A stretch of 63,309 bases of DNA, filler included, from Choristocarpus tenellus KU-1152 (lineage: Eukaryota > Protista > Phaeophyceae): the NCBI GenBank assembly GCA_964200185.2. It is 13 parts of 13 records of this genome, joined end to end, with 100 filler letters (N's around TTAATTAATTAA, not from the genome) between each part and the next. Parts side by side here need not be neighbours in the genome. Positions count along the whole stretch, not along the records: positions 1 to 2,969 come from CAXNAD020023287.1; positions 3,070 to 7,375 come from CAXNAD020015193.1; positions 7,476 to 10,823 come from CAXNAD020020645.1; positions 10,924 to 14,163 come from CAXNAD020021322.1; 9 more parts are not named here. One strand, 5' to 3'. The translations under genes were made by a program, and so were the position numbers. The notes under the pieces were generated by a model. The model was not told the DNA's origin. It did no database searches and saw only the letters and a list, made by a program, of their open reading frames with translations. Every line of letters begins with the position of its first letter. The stretch's first letter is position 1. Of the stretch, positions 1 to 11,820 are shown piece after piece.

Positions 1-340
1 GTTCCCCACGCGCGCATACTGTTCGCGCCAGTCAAAGCACGGGAAGAAATACTCGCGCTACTCGCCTGTAACATAAGTAGCGATTTAATATTTGAAATTT
101 CAAACAAATGCACTATCAAGTGTGTAAATAATGAATACTACATATTTTTCACCTGCACATACTGACGCTTTCATTCCACAGGTATATGGATATGTTCTTT
201 ATGAGGTCGAAACAATAAAGTCCAGAGATGATTGCAAAGAGCACTATCTATACGGATACATACAACAACACAACCTTCAACTTTTTGAACACATTCTAAA
301 ATTTTCACATGGAGTGGTCAAATGAATCTGATAGTTGAAC

Positions 341-640
341 TAGTACAAAATGTGTTGGACAAGGTCCGGACATGCCAGAAAAAATGTTAGACTGGCCGGT
401 GGACATGGTCCTGGCATGCAAGAGAATGGTAGACCCTGTCCACCCTGCGAACACCTACTGGTACAATATCAAGTGGGCATGGTCCGGACATGTTAGAGAA
501 ATATTAGATCCGGCCTGGCTGATGGACATGGAGTGGTACAATACCCAGTGGGCATGGTCTGGACATGTTCAAGATTGTCAGATCTGGTCTGGCTGGTGGA
601 TTTGGAAGAGATCAATATATCTAGTGGACATGGACTGGGG
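341..640. repeat. Degenerate ~75-bp direct repeats
   Basis: tggtacaata..cagtgggcatggtc(c/t)ggacatgtt recurs near 459 and 534, with a weaker copy near 341. Confidence 0.6.
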
Positions 641-1622
641 ATGGGACCATTTTTATTTGGTCGATGGTGAAATGCCCGAAGAGAAATTTTAAACTCCCCC
701 CTCGTTAAACTTCATTATGTACTACTGAAAATATCATATACAAACTATTTCTCTACACACCTATAACTCCTTGTAGGTCGTGCATATCAACCTGTGTCAA
801 TTCATGACAATTTACTTCAATAGTTGAGAAAGGGGATTTAAGGTGCCTGTGGAGGCTCTCTCACTCTTGTTTCAACTGTTGTTGGGGAGTCTCACCCTCC
901 CCTTTTTCTTCTGTGCGGACTTGGTCAAGCCATGGTTCCCCACTGTTGATACGAATTTTAGTGTGGTTACAGGAGGGCTTTTGGTTCTTGCTTGCAGTCT
1001 GACCGTTCCTCGGCAACAGCTTAGTTGTAGCTGGAGATTTCACCTGCTTATTGTTTTTTTTTTAAAGAAGTTAACTTCAAATTAACTAGATTGTTTTGTC
1101 CTTACATTTTCGAGATGTGATGGGGAGGGTCAATAACAGAGACCAAAATCTGTTCACCTACATCTGACAAGGATCAAAATTTCAAAGTAACTTGTCCTGT
1201 GTGATATACTTCATGTTAGTAGTGAACGGTATGTGTGTTTTTGGTTGACCACAACCATGCCTTCAAACGATATTTAATTGACTTTTCATTGTTTTTTTTT
1301 CTAGTCACATATCAACAAAAATATGTCAAGGGCATAATAATAAAATATACCCCCACTTTATTGCACCAATACCACAACAATACCAAAAAAATTTATCTGT
1401 AAATCACTCAGAGAAATCGGGGGGTTAAGATCTGACACGTTCGTATGTCTGCGTGTTGACTACCTACTACTGTTCATGTCAGAAGAGAGAAGACGGAAAA
1501 CATCACTGCTCGTTACATCTGTAAACCTTGATCACTTTCCCATTACAAAGACGCCGACGAAAGCCGCGTGGACCACCTGATCTCCTCATAGGACGACTGT
1601 TGTTTGGACTATATCTGAAGTC

Positions 1623-2169
1623 ATGATGGCTCGTCTCAGTACCATTCTTGCCCTTGCAGTCACCTTCTGCGTGAGTGCTTCAGGTTTTGTACTTGTCTCA
1701 CCAACAGCCCGGGCAACCCTAGCTGTTCGACCAAGCTTGGCATCTTCCAGGTGGGCGACGGGGAGGGTTCTTTGCGTGCAATACTTTCAAAATATGTTTG
1801 ACTATTCTGAGGGCATACCAGTTCGAACCATTGTGTCTGTGTTGGGAAGTCTCTGGAACCGTGTTGTCCGTGTCGTTTGATTAAGATTGATGGATGAGGT
1901 TCTTGGCTGGTTTTAGGGTTTGGAACTCTGACCAAATTTTCCAAAGTCTTTTTGTTGCTTTTCCCATGGGCCTGGAGCTATGGACGGATAGTCGCCGCTG
2001 CCTTAGTTGGCACGAGCGAAGGACGAACTGATGACCTAGAGTGGTTGCTGTTTGCTCTCCACAGGACGGCAAGCCTTTCCAGTGGACAAGTCATGCGGAT
2101 GTCGGAAGAAGTGGATGAAGTCGTGGCTGAGACCCCAGCAGATACCCCAGCAGAGGTAGACCCTGCAAG
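1623..2169 (+). CDS. 5' part of a nuclear gene for a plastid-targeted protein (exons 1623-1750 and 2065-2169; continues beyond the contig)
   Basis: MMARLSTILALAVTFCVSAS|GFVL is a signal peptide with an ASAFAP-like cleavage site, followed by an S/R/A-rich transit peptide. GT-AG intron 1751-2064 joins in frame to RTASLSSGQVMRMSEEVDEVVAETPADTPAEVDPAR; donor gtgagc at 2170. Confidence 0.8.
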
Positions 2170-2969
2170 GTGAGCATTTCAGAAATTTTCCATCTCATAG
2201 GACTGGAACATGAGCATATTTTGAAGATCTTCGATCTCCACGTAAGGGAGAAAGTCTTTGAAAGAAGAATAAACACACTCCTTGCGGAGCGTTCGTCCTG
2301 TCCCTTCTGTCGTGCGAATTCGAAAGCGACAATGTCTGGAAAATGCCTTTGTCCAACCGCTACAACATGGCAAATGTTTTAATGTGTATTATCGTCTTAG
2401 ACTACGGAGATGACTTGGAGTCCTTGTCTCGTTCACTTGTTCTGTCCAATGTATTTTCCGTTTCCATTATTCAGAATCTTGCAGTGTATCCCATAGAAGT
2501 GCCCCCCTCCACCCCCTCCCCTCCAATGTCGCCCTTAGTGCGCATTTTGAAGCCGTTGTATGTGTATGTTGTGCCCGTCCTTCTTCGCTCTTCCCTGAAT
2601 GAGTGAGAGTATTTTCTTGGACAATCCTTCCTCTCTGGCCCGTTGTAAATTTTTACTTCTTCGTGGTGATGAATCGGTTTTATTTGGTCCCAACCCCCCT
2701 CGATACATTTCCTATTTGCATTGCATGCTTGCTTGTTTCATTGTGATAAAAAGGAGCATGTCAAGGTGTTGCACCAAAAATGTTGCTCTACGGCCAGAAG
2801 GAGGCAATCGTGAAACTATACTTGTGTTAAGATATTGTAGTCAATGGAAAGATAAAGGGCGGTACACGCTTCTTCAGTTCAGTTATGGACCTCTTCCAAT
2901 ACACCTGTGAATATTGTTGCTACTGTGAGCCCCCCCCCCCCCCCCCTTACCCCCCCTCCCCCCCCCTCA

Positions 2970-3069
2970 NNNNNNNNNNNNNNNNNNNNNNNNNNNNNNN
3001 NNNNNNNNNNNNNTTAATTAATTAANNNNNNNNNNNNNNNNNNNNNNNNNNNNNNNNNNNNNNNNNNNN
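2970..3069. other. Artificial 100-bp contig spacer (others start at 7376, 10824, 14164, 18803, 29604, 36566, 44678, 48811, 53535, 57393, 60307)
   Basis: The same N-run + TTAATTAATTAA + N-run occurs 12 times; the core has stop codons in all six frames. Confidence 0.97.
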
Positions 3070-3419
3070 GGGGGGGACTGAGACCAACATCACGCAAGGG
3101 TGAGAGCATAAGCGCGTACAGAAAACAAACATACAATCAGTCCTCCACACTTCCCACAAGAGCAGAACTGGATCAGCTTCAAGGAGAAGTCAAACTTTGA
3201 GAGCCACAGGTGGCACAATTAATTCAACAAGTAATACAGGTATGAATATTGATATTCGCTGCTGCACCAAGAGATACAAGTACTGCAAGCACGTAACTAC
3301 GGTCAGTACTCACAAAGCTAGAAAGCACACTTATGTGAAGTAGGGCAAACCAAGGTCTTTCCCTTTGCCATTCCGGAGCATCACTATAGCGCAAAGTGAG
3401 GCTACAGCATGCATGTGAC

Positions 3420-4642
3420 AGCAACACGCTTGCCGCTCATCCCTGCATCAAATCCCTTCTTCTCCTCCCAGCAAACCCCCTTGCCTTTGCACCCCCTGCA
3501 CAAACTTGCCAATAGCTGTTCCTGCTCTCTGATGATCTCTCCTTCATCCTTCCCATTTGATTCCTCCTTCAACAGGCGGAGGCGTTCAGCCTCTAAAAGC
3601 TCTTCCTGCTCCTTTCGTGCCCGATCGCGCTGTTTCTCGAGATACTACACAAGAGCGTTTTTTTAAAGGGTTTATAGGCGGGCAGGCAGGGAGGGACAGT
3701 GAGAGAGTCACAAAAAAAACCATAGTCACAAAAAAAAAAACATATTTTCCTCAACGGTAAACAACGACAATTGCCTCTCGCCTCGAGAACGGCAACCATC
3801 AAACCAAAAAACAAAACAAAAAATCTAACCACCTGCGGCATACTGCCAGTTAGGGATAGACATCTAATTACTTGCAAACACGAGACGGATAGACTCTTAA
3901 GCAAGTACTTTGGAAGTACATAATTCACAATTCTGAACTGGGTTTTGCAAAAACAGCACAGACTTCAGACCACAAAAAAAAAAAGTTTCCTCCTTTGACA
4001 CAAGAAGAGTGGTTCGGGATTGACACCTGCGCCATCAGACAACACAGAGACAACCCAGCAAAAAAGGAAACACGGTCCATAGTGACCAGGGGAACTATCC
4101 GTTAAAGGTTTAGGTGTGTAAGTACTCACACCAGCTCTGTCTTGCAATGCTAAGTTTTGTAGTCAAAACTACACATCAATCACACCTCTTCATAAAGTTC
4201 ACGAGAGAGATTCCTGTCGCCGTTGATAGCAAGGATGATACTGTATCTAGCTACTCATCAGGCTGGGGCAACAGTCAACAGAGGTGACACATGTGCCTCA
4301 AAGTGACTACTAAAATTCGTTACAGTTTTAATCCCCTGCCACGAGCTGGTTTCTTCTCCTGAAAAGCGCTTCTGATACTAACCTCACAGATGAAACAACG
4401 AAAAAACACTAAGTACTTGGGTACACAAGAGTGCATATCTTATGTAAATTTTATTCAACAACTGTGCCTCCAATATACTATCCCGTCAACCCTACTCAGG
4501 CTCGTAACTCAGCAAATACCTGGAGGAGCTCGCCCTTGGGCAACTTAATATGTACTGGAGCGGATTCATGTCCCTTCCTCTCTGCCTCAACTACCTCCTG
4601 CCCCCCCCCCTGCTCAACTCGATCCATCAGCTCCTTCCATTC
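3420..4642 (-). CDS. Internal exons of an unknown protein with a coiled coil and CxxCxGxG motif (exons 4642-4520 and 3644-~3420; possible upstream exons near 4975-5026, 5530-5610 and 5840-6030)
   Basis: AG/GT-bounded 123-nt exon EWKELMDRVEQ...PKGELLQ joins in phase 0 to YLEKQRDRARKEQEELLEAERLRLLKEE...LCRGCKGKG. The 3' boundary of the second exon is uncertain. Confidence 0.55.
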
Positions 4643-7600
4643 CTGCGCCAGTTGCACATAGGGTTAGTGGTGCAGTGAGGTGGGGAAAGCAGAGGCTAGG
4701 CAGTGGGATCAGGGGAGGAAACAAATCCTTGTCGGAAAAATTACTCATCCCAGAGAGGTGTACAGGTGTTCGCAGAGATGAAGCTAAGTTGTGAGGGGAA
4801 CAGAGAGAGGAAACGTAGTCTATGGTACACAGCATGCATGTATATCTTCATTCCCATGCTCAAGTAAAGGAGGGAGAACTGTTGAGTGCAAGAGCTTAAG
4901 TTGGGGTTACGGTATGTTGTGGCATTTGCCCTCCACACGGTATAATAGATCCTGGGTCACTCATCAAGACCTACTCTGAAGTAGAAACAGCCAACGGAAT
5001 GGTCAGATCCCGGACCCACACCAAGGCTGCATCATACAATGTGTAAGTCAGCCCGCTACCAAGCCTAATTCTCCACATCCACAAAAAACATGGATCAGAG
5101 CATTGGGGAGTACGGAGAAACTCAGAAGGTTGGCAAAAATCAGAGGGGGACGCGAAATAAGTACTCACGTGTTTCAGCACTTCATCCAACTTGCGACGGG
5201 TGTGCACAAACGATTTACAGCCTATACATGTTTTATTCGTCTTGTGTTGCATCCAGACGCAGGAACGACTACTCCAACCAGACCCCCAACCACGAGACAC
5301 GTGCGACAGAGGTCAAAATGGGGGCAGAAGGAGCACAAGGCAAAAACGATATTAGACCTCGACCAGAAAGTTGTGAAGGAGAAGTCTCAAGCGTGTTATG
5401 TCACAGGGTTCAGTCTACTTATCAGGCACATGAGATTGAACTTGACTATAACGGCATCTTTGCTTCATTGGGTTTAGCAGGTGAACCATCAACAGGGCTA
5501 GGGTAGACAGTGCGGACTATTATTCACGAAGAGAGTGACCAATCAGAAGTAGGCCCTCCGTTGACGTGCCAACATGGCGCCAACGCTAAAATCATCGGTC
5601 TACTGTCAGCTGTACGAGTAGGGAGTTCGAGGGAGGGAGAGAAAAGTACACGAGATGTCCCCAGTGGAAAAAAGTAGAGATGAACAGGTCCATAGTTGCT
5701 TCGTCTCACCATAAGGAATGAAGAAAACTACACAGAAAACAGGAAAACAGACAGATATCTCTCATTAGAGCAAGCAGCAACTATCATCAACACACACCGC
5801 CCCATGTTGATTCAGTGACCGTCGCCCCCATTAACACTCACCAAACCACAGTGTTGCAACAGGGGGTGCAGACCGGGACGCGATCAGAGTAGAAGGTTTC
5901 TCGTGAACTTCCGTTCTGTATAGACACTTCCTTCAAATCTCGACAGTAAGTTTCGGCACATAGAAAGCACTCGTTAGCTTCCTCACACAATTTCCGGGCC
6001 TGGGGGCCCTTATTAGAGTTCATTTCTGATACTTCACCCAGTGTTACCCCTACGATTCACCCTCCTCTCTTCTCCAAAGGCCGGCGCACTTAGCCGCCGA
6101 ACTTTGGGCTCTTGTCAATCAGCAGACTACAATGCTACCTCTTCCTCATTTGTTACTCACACTAATCAACATCTACAAACCCCCATCTCTTTTATTTCTG
6201 TTAAGAATCAAAAATAGATTGAGAGAAGAACAACCAAATATAAGTTTTTACCAAAATAGATTAAACACAACAATGAATACTACTAATATAATAACTACTT
6301 CTTACAAGGTATTGTTCTTGGTTTTTTGGTTTTTTCCTCCCCCTCACACATCAACAAAATGTCAGAGGTGATACAACTATACATTCCACAAATGAAAACC
6401 TCAAACAATAAGCTTCTATTTCTCCTAGTCATTCTAGATCCTAGTAATATTATGGATTATGTTTGAGTAGCTTCAAGAGGGAGGAAACACGAGTTAAGAC
6501 ATATACCACAGATCGTTGTGTCCTTTTCACAAGTAGTGGAAATCAAGGTTTGTCATACATTTCGACCTATGACAAAGACATGTAGGAGGTAGCCAAGGCA
6601 GAGCTCGACAGAGTGGAGAGATTCTTCCTTTATCTCTACCTAGATCACTTCCACTTCTTGTTGCCAGTCTCGTTAGGACTTCCAGAGTGCAATATTTCAG
6701 CATCTATCTGTATACAGTTGATAATGTCTTACTAAACTAGTATTAGTAGTAGGTTTCCTTGCTTGACTGATCACGCATTTTCTTGTTTTTCAAATACACA
6801 ACTCTAGTTAGTTGGTGTATCATAAAGTCTTAACTGTTCAGCAATACAGATTTTTCCTGCTGTGTTTGTTGTATTCCTTGCCTCGTTACTTCTTATTCCC
6901 TCCTTTCCTCCATCAAAGATACCACGTGGGTAATGGGTTTGTGGTCGAGATTCTCGACAGCTTGGTGGGCAGACAAAGGAGTTTTGCGAATCTCAACCGC
7001 TAGGAATGCCTTCCCATATACTGTGGGAAAACCTTTGCCACACCTTTGATATCGAGGAGAAGTTTGTTTTGAAAAACTATGGATTGTCAACATTCTGGAG
7101 CAACATCCGGACCTCCAGGAGCAGCTGCAGGTACGCAGGAAATACTTCTATTTTCCTTTTATGGGACCGCCTTTACTCTCCATTTGCAAAGTGCTATAGT
7201 AAGGACATTGAAGACATGGATGACAGCCAAACTCACCAGGATCTGCAAGACAAGAGCAGAGCGGATTTAGATCAACCATAGGTATGCCTTCAAAGTCATA
7301 GCAAGTAACAGCCGATTTCAAAAATTGAGGATGGAGCTTTTCATTGAGGATGGGCTTGACCCAAAATTGACTGGGNNNNNNNNNNNNNNNNNNNNNNNNN
7401 NNNNNNNNNNNNNNNNNNNTTAATTAATTAANNNNNNNNNNNNNNNNNNNNNNNNNNNNNNNNNNNNNNNNNNNNTTAGTGTGTTTTGGGGTTTGGGGGG
7501 GGGAATTGTTTTTTTGTAATTTTTTTTAGAATTTTTCCAAATTTTGGCCCCCCCCCCCCCCCCCCCCCCACAGCCCTCACCTTTGATCTATTGTACAGTT

Positions 7601-8689
7601 GCAATGGACAGGGCAACCCACCAAGCCCGGAAAGGGTTCCCACAACTTAGTTTCATAGGGTAGAAGTTTTTGAAAAATGTTTTCGGATGAGTTATGCATT
7701 GTTGTGGTGTGACTAGTTTGAGATAGTGAAGGGTAAAGCAATTCCTCTTATTCTGACAGTATTTTGTTTGAAAGCGTTGTCGATCAGTGTTGGTAGATTG
7801 GAAACTTCAATGGATTGGCAACAGATGTACTTCAATTTAGACTGGATGTGACATGCAAATGGTTTACTGCCCCTGACTTTCTTTGTGCGTGGAGTTGTAA
7901 ATAAAGCATTGATGTGGTATTTTAAAGTTACAGCTCCTCTTATCATGTACAGGGTCTCATAGTCTTGAGCTAGAGTATGTCCTTGTAGCTCTTCGGGAGA
8001 GTTGAACCAACAGGTACGATTTTTGAACTCTCAGGAAGGACCGTTTTTTTTATGGTCGTTGGCTTGTTGTCTTAGCTGCATCAAAGAATTTGAGTTCCGC
8101 TGTTGGAGTAGAAATTATTCTTTGGACTGTGGCCTGGGTAGGAAGTTCCTGAAGAACAGCAGTTGTGTGTTTGGAAAAAGTAGGAAGTATGTTTTCTTCG
8201 ATGTGTCAAGATGTGTCAAGATGAGGTGGCCCTCAAGATTTGTGATGTGTAAGGCATAAAAAAATGTAGTTGGAATTTTAGTTGAAAGATTCAGTAGTTC
8301 ATTTTATATTCTGTCCAGTTGATGTTTTAGAGGAATGTTTAGTGATGGGAGGAGGGGAAGGGTAGATACAAGCATCAGTGTGTGTAGGGTGTTTATGTTC
8401 TGAAGCATTTATCCCTCTTTATGTTATATTTTATGGTTTTGATATTGTTTGGGTTGAACTGTCATGTCACAGGGTAGGTGTTTCACATGTTTGAGGGCTG
8501 ATGGACGGTTTTAAAGGATAATAATACCTTTTGGGTGAGAGTTGCCAGTTCCCTTGGTGTTATGATAGGATAGAAGTAATCAGTTACTGTGTGTAGGTGA
8601 TATGTGTGAGCCTACAAAAAACCCTCATGAATAATCCGCTAAGGTTGTATGATGTGTGGGGGCTTGTCTCAACTCTTTGAATATATTAG

Positions 8690-9870
8690 GTATGCATGTG
8701 AAAATGTGAACAAGCTGCTGGTGGGCAATAAGAGTGATCTGGAGGCCAAGCGGGCTGTTACCTTTGAGGAGGCCAAGGTGAGATAACCTATTTGTTCCCC
8801 AGTGAGTTTGAGCCAAAGTATCTTAGAGGGTAGGGTTGCGTCCATTTGGGTACCAAAATCCAATGTTGCTATTTTGATGTAATTTTGGCTATCGCGTTTG
8901 TTAGGAAATGTCAATATCCTTGTTCCGGATACACCTTGTCATAACATACACGTTTTACCTACTCAGAAACATTTTGGAGTAGGAAAATGTAATAAGGAAT
9001 CCCATGGGAAGCCAAGCCCCAAATGGACAAACAGGGCAAAACTCGTACCCTCTAAGATACTTTCACTTTTCTATCCTGCTGTCAACAACCAATGGCAGAT
9101 GTTGGTTGGCCCTTTGTGGGTAGTATAGCCTTTTGAGTAGGGAGTTTGAAAATATAGTCTCTTAAGTGGTGTTGAAGTGATGAGTGCTTTTTACTGATTT
9201 GATTGTTTTTATACCTACGAACATGTTTGAGGAGTTATTATTTGTTTCTGGTACTGGAGGTTTTTCTGGAGGTGGAATGTGATTATTTTTTAGAAGAGAT
9301 CGTCTTCGCAAGGACAGTTGTTTCAGTGAAGCTTGATAGGACTCTTAAACTAAGGTGTATAATAATTTTTATTTATTTTTTCATCTCTGCTTTGTATTTC
9401 AGTGTCTGCGTTTGCTCAGTTGGCACGAATTTAAGGTCTCGATCACCCTTGTCTGTTAGGTATATTGATTGGTACACTGGTGTACTGTCGCTCTCGGTTT
9501 ATCTCCATGTGGTGTATCAATTGTCTTCCCAAGCAGTCGATGTACTTGTTACATATTTATTTACGCACGACTTTTTATTGTGTGATGTTGCTGGCTAAGT
9601 GATGCTATTGTAACTCTTCCCATATCTTTTTTTTTTGCTGTTTCCTCTTGACTTTGATTTTTTTGTAAGGCGTTTGCTGACACCTTGGGCATTGAATTCC
9701 TGGAAACTTCTGCCAAGAATGCAAACAATGTTGAGAAGGCATTCATGATGATGGCCTCGCAGATCAAGTCCACCATGAAGACCCAGCCAACTGGGCCAGC
9801 CCGTGGGGGCACCAAGCTTACTCCGTCCACACAAGTGTCGGGGTCGGGCAGCGGCAGCGGCTGCTGCTAA
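8690..9870 (+). CDS. RAB1: Rab1-family small GTPase, last two coding exons (8690-8777, 9670-9870)
   Basis: [17 protein letters not shown] (G4 box), [16 protein letters not shown] (G5 box), C-terminal CC prenylation motif, canonical splice sites; AATAAA at 10578. Confidence 0.93.
8810..9068 (+). mobile_element. MITE family A (~259 bp) in a Rab1 intron
   Basis: TIR gagccaaagtatcttagagggta ... taccctctaagatactttcact; body shared with 12 other copies in the window. Confidence 0.88.
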
Positions 9871-10923
9871 GATTCAACCCCAGTTATTGCTCGACTCTTT
9901 TGTGGAAGTGTTTCCTGTGTTTCTTACTGCCTCTGCTCCTCTCTCTACACACTTCCCTCTCTCCATGCTCCCTTCCTCCCCACCCCCCCCTTTCCCCTCT
10001 CCCCACCCCCCCCTTACCTTCTCCACCCTAGTTCTGCAACCGGTCATTTATGTGCGAGTGCGTTGAGTGCTTGAACATTGGGGGTGGGTGATGGGGAGTG
10101 CTGTGGGGAAGCACAGATGACACCTGATACCTCCTTTTGCTAATGGTTTTATGGTGTTGGAGGCGGTATCACTCTTTAGTTTGTGTGTGTGTTTTGTGTG
10201 TATGTTGCCCCTTCTAAGGTAGTAACGTGGTGGGGTTAGGTGTTTTGAGGAGCACGCCTTGAGAATGAGGAACACCGGGTTGGTGATGGGGATGAAGGAG
10301 CAGGGGTGGGGGGGATTTCATGCTCTTATCATCTGAGGTTGAGGGTAACAAGGTGGTACTATTGTTTCATCTCTTATTTGTTGAGAATCCTGGTATCAGG
10401 TGTGTGATACAACTGGGCGGATGAAATATGGGATAGTGGACAACAACCAGGGGGCTGGCTGTGTGTTGTGTGTCATGAGAGTTGAGTATCAGGTTGATGG
10501 GAGGAGGGGTGGGAGGGTAGGTGCTTTCATAGCATTATGTCTTTGGAGATAGGTTACCCTCTTTGTTGCACAGGTTCAATAAAGTGCACATCGCTCTCTG
10601 CAGGGTTTGTTGTTGCAGCAGCGGTGAGGGAGTTGTTTCTGTGAGGAGGTAACATGCCTTACATCCCTACCCCTGTTTTTTCTAACTGGATGTGGTTGGG
10701 CTCAGACAGTGCTTGGAAAGTTTTACGTTTGTGACATGATGGCAAAAGGCATTTTGGTCTGTAGGGGGCGAGAGATACTGTGAAATCAAGTGGGTGGGAG
10801 GGGGAGGGGAGGGGAGAGGAGAANNNNNNNNNNNNNNNNNNNNNNNNNNNNNNNNNNNNNNNNNNNNTTAATTAATTAANNNNNNNNNNNNNNNNNNNNN
10901 NNNNNNNNNNNNNNNNNNNNNNN

Positions 10924-11800
10924 CCTCCACGCGGACACAACTGCGTAAATACCTACAGCATGCTGTCCCTGATGCCACTGATCAGAGCTCCATTCTTGGC
11001 ATGATCTTGGCTGCCTCCAGCTGCTCGTACCCTTGTCCAGATATGATCGAGACCAATGACGAAATCTGCAGTGTCCTCTACTGACGAGCAGTACATGTCG
11101 CACAATTTCATCTCTGGAGCTATGAGCTGCATGGACCAATGACTTACAGCGCGCCCTCAATAGATCTGCTCTAATTCGAGAGAAGCTGCCCTCCTGTCGG
11201 GGCTTCCTCCTCTCGTACGTGTTGACCATACAAGCTGACCGCCATAGCTGCAGCACCCTTCGTGGCCTGTCCCAGCAGGAACCACAAGGCTTCGCGATGC
11301 CTGACGTATTCATCGTACGCGCAGCGTTCCTTGAATGATGTATCAGCTGTGGGAGGTGCTGGAATGCAGTGTGCAGGTTGGAGTATCCGGTACAGTCCCT
11401 TGCCACCCGCGTAACTCACCAAAGCCATCCGCCATTCAGCCCACTTCTCCCGTGTATGCCCCCGCGCTCCACTCCATAGTGGCAGCATACGGGAGTCCGC
11501 TTACATACCAATGAGGCTCATAACCTATGCAAAAGAGAGCTACTCAAGTAGAGTATTTTGCTTTGTGTGGTATGGATATGTTTATTAGCGGAGTGAGCAC
11601 TATCCTCAAGGTGGGGTGGTGCTCTCTCTTGTTATCTAATTCATTCGTCATCAAACACGTCCGAGATATGTTTAAACATGTTTGTGACAGTTACACTACG
11701 TCAGTCACTTATAAGTTCAAGTTACACTACTTCAGTCGCTTGTAAGATCAAGTTACATTATTTCATTCACTTTTACACTATAAACCATATAGACTACTAG
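10924..11800 (-). mobile_element. Ty1/Copia LTR retrotransposon 5' end: LTR remnant (~11528-11800), primer-binding site (PBS, 11515-11526), degenerate gag
   Basis: Minus strand reads ...TGCA-T-AGGTTATGAGCC, an LTR CA end followed by a copia-type PBS. It continues into the frameshifted gag-like frame MLPLWSGARGHTREKWAEWRMALVSY...EALWFLLGQATKGAA. Three ~31-bp tandem repeats at 11688-11775 lie in the LTR. Confidence 0.65.
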
Positions 11801-11820
11801 TCTATATTGCTCAGTTTCCT

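Noticed and set aside
372-692. Trp-rich 106-aa ORF as a real protein
   Set aside because: Arises from TGG-rich degenerate ~75-bp repeats; no recognisable domain or splice context.
8898-9128. Family of similar short ORFs (VNILVPDTP..., [13 protein letters not shown]...) across the window
   Set aside because: Chance translations of non-coding MITE A copies; frames and stops are not conserved.
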